This document shows, piece after piece, positions 60,342 through 64,000 of a DNA stretch of 64,000 nucleotides (positions are counted from its first letter, which is position 1; each line of letters starts with the position of its first letter). This stretch comes from Candidatus Sumerlaeaceae bacterium (lineage in GTDB: Bacteria > Sumerlaeota > Sumerlaeia > Sumerlaeales > Sumerlaeaceae). The notes under the pieces are model-generated. The model made no database searches and was not told where the DNA came from. It was given only the letters and a program-made list of their open reading frames with translations. The DNA is taken from assembly GCA_051003195.1 (NCBI GenBank), contig JBPCLP010000016.1:37086-101085 (forward strand), in the 5' to 3' direction. The position numbers and the translations under genes were made by a program.

Positions 60342-61046
60342 TCATCTTGGGCCGAGTCCCGGCCCAAAGTAATAAAGGTCGCCCGGCGAGACTGTGCCGT
60401 TTGTCGGGTCATACAGAACCGCAGAGCTCCCACTGGGGTCCTTTAAGTCTGGCCCATGGCTGGCAAGGAAATACCGGCAGTTTTCCGCGGCGCCAGCACC
60501 GAGCTTCTCCATACGATCCTGGATGAAAGTCTCGCGCGTTTCCTCCATTTCGGTGTTGTTCTTCTGCTCCGAATAATGGAATGTTACGCGCGGCGGATGC
60601 TCGGCCCGGCCTTCAATCCAGAATGGATCTGACGGCAACGACGTGAGATATGCGACAGGAGTCGTCATGCGCATCGGAACAAACGCTTCAAATTCATCCT
60701 GGGCGGGGTCCTCGACCGTGTATGGGCCTGCTCCAAGATAGGAAATGGGAGGAGCGTAATTGGTTTGATCCGCTGCGTAAGCCTCGACAGCCGTCACTAC
60801 GGTCCTCATGTCCGCGCGGGCGCGCGACACCTTTGACCGCACCTGCGCATCCAGAAAATTTGGCAATGCAATCAGTGCCAGGATTGCAATGATCGCCACA
60901 ACCATCAGCAGCTCGATCAGCGTAAAGGCGTGAACCAATCGCGGCGCAGTGCCGCCGAGTCTCCCATTCCGCGTTCTGTCACAGTTTATTAGCACGATGC
61001 CCACGTTTGACACAATCAACATTAGCACAGCATTAAGAACACGCAC
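60342..61046 (-). CDS. Prepilin-type N-terminal cleavage/methylation domain protein (start uncertain)
   Basis: AFTLIELLMVVAIIAILA..PNF.DAQ.RSKVSR..DM; TTPVAY..DPF; GPD; YDPTNGTVS.GD. Confidence 0.88.
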   Translation of the reverse strand: MRVLNAVLMLIVSNVGIVLINCDRTRNGRLGGTAPRLVHAFTLIELLMVVAIIAILALIALPNFLDAQVRSKVSRARADMRTVVTAVEAYAADQTNYAPPISYLGAGPYTVEDPAQDEFEAFVPMRMTTPVAYLTSLPSDPFWIEGRAEHPPRVTFHYSEQKNNTEMEETRETFIQDRMEKLGAGAAENCRYFLASHGPDLKDPSGSSAVLYDPTNGTVSPGDLYYFGPGLGPR

Positions 61047-61067
61047 CCAACTTCACGTGCATTTTGC

Positions 61068-62585
61068 TTACTGCTTTTTCTGGATAACCTGTTCGTAAGA
61101 TGATGGGGTTGTCGCTGTTGTGCCTGTCGCGGCCGATTGTCGGGGTTTCAAATTCGGTAAATCCAGGCGCAATATCAACTGGCCGTTGCCATTTCGTTCA
61201 GCTTTCAGTGTGCCTCCGAGCAGTTTGCAAAAGGATGCAGCAATGGTGAGTCCCAGCCCACTGTGTTCAGCTGCATCGGTGCGTGCGGTGTCCCTGCGCC
61301 AAAATGGTTCCAGCAGGTGTTCTGCATCGAGCGGACGGAGGTCCGGCGCGTCATTGCTGCATTCGAAGACGACACGACCGTTGGACGATAAGCGCATCTG
61401 AACCATCGTACCTTCCGGCGCATACTCGATCGCATTCCCGACTATATTGCCAATGATGGACTTCAACAACAGTGCGCTGGTTGATACGATCACTTCTTCT
61501 GCCGGTACTTCTACGGATGTGCGCAGCCCGCGTTGCTGGGACTTGTGTTGCAGCGACGCCACGCACTGCTCGACCACGTAGCGCATATTCACATCGGCGA
61601 GCTCCACTGTCTGCTCTGCCGCTTCGCTGCGCGAAAGGCTCAACAGCGTCGTTACCAGCCGCTGCATGCTCCGCAGCGCCTGGAGTGCATTCGCGCAGGA
61701 ACTCGTCTGCAACTCACGGTCGTCGGGCCAGTTCTGCGCCACGGACAGAGCCACCATTGCTTCAGCCAACGGTGTTTTCAACTCGTGTGAAACATCCGAA
61801 GTGAAGCGCCTCTCGCGTTCAAACGCCGCCGATAGTCGATCCAGCAATCCATTGATCCCGTTCTCAATCGGTTGCAACTCACGTGGTATCTCTGGAACAT
61901 CCACGCGTGAATTGAGACTGTCGGTGCCAATCTGCTCTACCTTCTCCGCCAGGACAACGACGGGGCGCAGTCCGCGCCTTACCGCAAAGAACACCAGTAC
62001 CGCCGCGCCAATCGGCAAAAGGATCGCACCTGTCAGTCCCGCAATGAACAGCGTTGCCAGCGTGCGTTCCAGCGGAAGCTTATTCTGCGCCACGACAAGC
62101 GTCACGTGTTCCGGCCGCTTGCGTTCACCAGCCTTCATTGCTTCTTCAGCGTCATCCGTCAGTTCGGGTTCAAAACGAATTCCAGCCGCGCGCACACTGT
62201 GATTGGACCCGATTTGCAAATTCTTGAATTCAGGCTGCGATAACGTGCCGGCAAATTTAGGCAGCTCAGCAGACCCAAGCGAATGCGACTTTTCGAGCGG
62301 GTTTCCGTCGGGCCGCCACACCTGGAAATAATGGTGTTCCTGACCGGGGTTAAACTCCGGCATCAGCTCGTCCGCAAACTCAAACTCCAACTGCCCGGAT
62401 TTTCTTTCCTGCACCAGCGAGGCCAGCGCGCGAGCCTTCGAAATCAGTCCCTCATCGAATTGTCGCGCAAAGCGGTGATGCACGAAAGCATACATCGCCG
62501 CTGCCATCGTGAGAGAAAGCAGTGACACTCCAATGATCAATCGCGTGATGAGGTCGCGCGCCAGCGAACGTTGTGGTCGGGTCAC
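61068..62585 (-). CDS. Sensor histidine kinase (HAMP-HisKA-HATPase)
   Basis: Two TM helices; FTSDVSHELKTPL; NAIEY; HSGLGL. The GTG start overlaps the response regulator stop (GTGA). Confidence 0.92.
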   Translation of the reverse strand: MTRPQRSLARDLITRLIIGVSLLSLTMAAAMYAFVHHRFARQFDEGLISKARALASLVQERKSGQLEFEFADELMPEFNPGQEHHYFQVWRPDGNPLEKSHSLGSAELPKFAGTLSQPEFKNLQIGSNHSVRAAGIRFEPELTDDAEEAMKAGERKRPEHVTLVVAQNKLPLERTLATLFIAGLTGAILLPIGAAVLVFFAVRRGLRPVVVLAEKVEQIGTDSLNSRVDVPEIPRELQPIENGINGLLDRLSAAFERERRFTSDVSHELKTPLAEAMVALSVAQNWPDDRELQTSSCANALQALRSMQRLVTTLLSLSRSEAAEQTVELADVNMRYVVEQCVASLQHKSQQRGLRTSVEVPAEEVIVSTSALLLKSIIGNIVGNAIEYAPEGTMVQMRLSSNGRVVFECSNDAPDLRPLDAEHLLEPFWRRDTARTDAAEHSGLGLTIAASFCKLLGGTLKAERNGNGQLILRLDLPNLKPRQSAATGTTATTPSSYEQVIQKKQ

Positions 62586-63283
62586 GTATTCGCCGATTCC
62601 TTCACCGTCTTCTGCAACAGATAGCCCATGCCGCGGCGTGTCACAATGAGGGACGGCGAACCCTCCACGTCGATTTTTCGCCGCAGGGTGCATATCGCCA
62701 CATCGACCACGTTGCTCATCGGTTCCGCGCGTTCATCGTAAATTTTTTGCTCAATCTCAGTGCGCGAGACTATCTTGCCCGCATTCAGCGCCAGCAGTTC
62801 CAGCAGCGCATACTCGCGTGCCGTCAGCGGATGCGGTAATGGCTCGCCTCGGTACAGCGCCGTTCGGCTTACTGTATCAATGGAAAGGCTATCACTCAGC
62901 TCCAGCACCGGCGATTTGGTATCATGCGACCTGCGCACCAGTGCACGTATCCTGGCCAGCAGTTCATCGAACTCGAATGGCTTTGGAAGATAATCATCGG
63001 CACCCGCGTCCAGGCCGGCGACCCGATCCGGCACTGCATCTTTGGCGGTCAGGATTAGGACGTGATCCGTCTTTCCCTGCCGGCGCAGCCGACGCAGCAC
63101 CGACAGCCCGTCCAGCTTCGGAAGCATCAGGTCGAGGATGATCACGTCGTAGCCGTTGCACTCCGCAAGCCAAAGTCCTTCCTCGCCATCGCCGGCGGAA
63201 TCGACGGCGTGGCCGAGTCGTCGCAAACCTTCGCACAGCGATTCTCGCAGAATTCGTGAATCTTCAACCAGCAGCAGCCTCAT
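62582..63283 (-). CDS. OmpR/PhoB-family response regulator
   Basis: LLVED, ILDLMLP, GADDYLPKPF, LTAREY, SNVVDV, TRRGMGY. Confidence 0.95.
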   Translation of the reverse strand: MRLLLVEDSRILRESLCEGLRRLGHAVDSAGDGEEGLWLAECNGYDVIILDLMLPKLDGLSVLRRLRRQGKTDHVLILTAKDAVPDRVAGLDAGADDYLPKPFEFDELLARIRALVRRSHDTKSPVLELSDSLSIDTVSRTALYRGEPLPHPLTAREYALLELLALNAGKIVSRTEIEQKIYDERAEPMSNVVDVAICTLRRKIDVEGSPSLIVTRRGMGYLLQKTVKESANT

Positions 63284-63787
63284 GGGGTTCACTTATTTAC
63301 ATAGTCAGCATTAACGAAAGATGAAAGTGTCGCTGCTGGCTGCATTCCCATAGCATTCGGGTTAGGAAATATCTAACTATAATATTATCAGCTTTCCATT
63401 TGCGCATTCATACCTGCTGCCCGCTCTACATGGCTATAAATTGCAGCACTTTAGCGTGGATCGAAAAAATTTAGAATAACCTCGGGCGCATTTCGTAATA
63501 GAGCCGGCTGCCGACGAAGCCGCTCAAGTGATGCTTCGCCAGCGCCGCAGGTCGAAAGAAAAAATAAATTCTTTCGAATAGCAGGGGGGCTTCGAAGTAA
63601 TTACTCGACGCGCCCCGGAAAAGCCCTGACGGCAATTCGGACAGCGCAGCTCCCTCAAACGAGGTACGGCGAGGCCGAGGACCAATGGCTCCTCGAAGCG
63701 CCGGAGACGAGCTTCATCATCGGTACAAGTTTTGGAAGGCGGCACTTTGCGCCCTAAGCGCGGTGAAGTTTTCCACAAGCAGCACCC

Positions 63788-63823
63788 GTTCTTTGACAAT
63801 TGGAAACATTGTGTGTGTAGAAT
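63788..63823 (+). promoter_or_regulatory. boxA-like element / sigma70-like promoter
   Basis: GTTCTTTGACA followed by TGTGTGTG. Also readable as TTGACA-19nt-TAGAAT. Confidence 0.45.
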
Positions 63824-64000
63824 TTCTCGATGAGAGCGATTGGGGGAGGCTTGTTGTTCGGGGTCTGCCTTTAAGTTGCTCGATAAGCGAGGAGTTCGTT
63901 GTGATGTAAAAAGCTGATTAGCGTAAGGATCTGACTGATCAAGACGCCTTGGGTTATTTTGAGTTAAAGTAATCGTTAAGAAGGGTGGCTTTGACGGGGG

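Noticed and set aside
63735..63775. GGAAAAC...GGCGCAAAG on the minus strand resembling a c-di-GMP-I riboswitch
   Set aside because: The intervening P2 stem does not pair and has no GNRA loop or receptor.

Overview
A GC-rich (~60%) bacterial chromosomal segment with about 43 CDS and one tRNA-Ser(CGA). The prepilin-like protein family and the HEAT/DUF1080/ThuA fusions suggest Candidatus Sumerlaeota (BRC1) or a PVC-related lineage; this is inference only. Housekeeping genes include acpS, ndk, speA, mobA, fumC, rpsA and mfd. Carbohydrate genes include a GH2 beta-mannosidase, a GHL10-like hydrolase, a sulfatase and a sugar ABC transporter. There is also a ~16 kb cluster of three Tat-exported Gfo/Idh/MocA oxidoreductases with DUF1080, ThuA and HEAT partners, a BlaI/M56 pair and an OmpR-type two-component system. 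Two signals are not explained by the gene calls. (1) A ~96-bp palindromic, CTAG-bounded dispersed repeat (MITE-like) occurs as 6 full copies plus 1 half copy, all in the same orientation. It supplies stop codons to four genes and adds an in-frame 32-aa peptide to a hydrolase. (2) A ~100-nt three-way-junction RNA candidate with an anti-Shine-Dalgarno loop lies upstream of blaI. No transposase, integrase or CRISPR array was seen.
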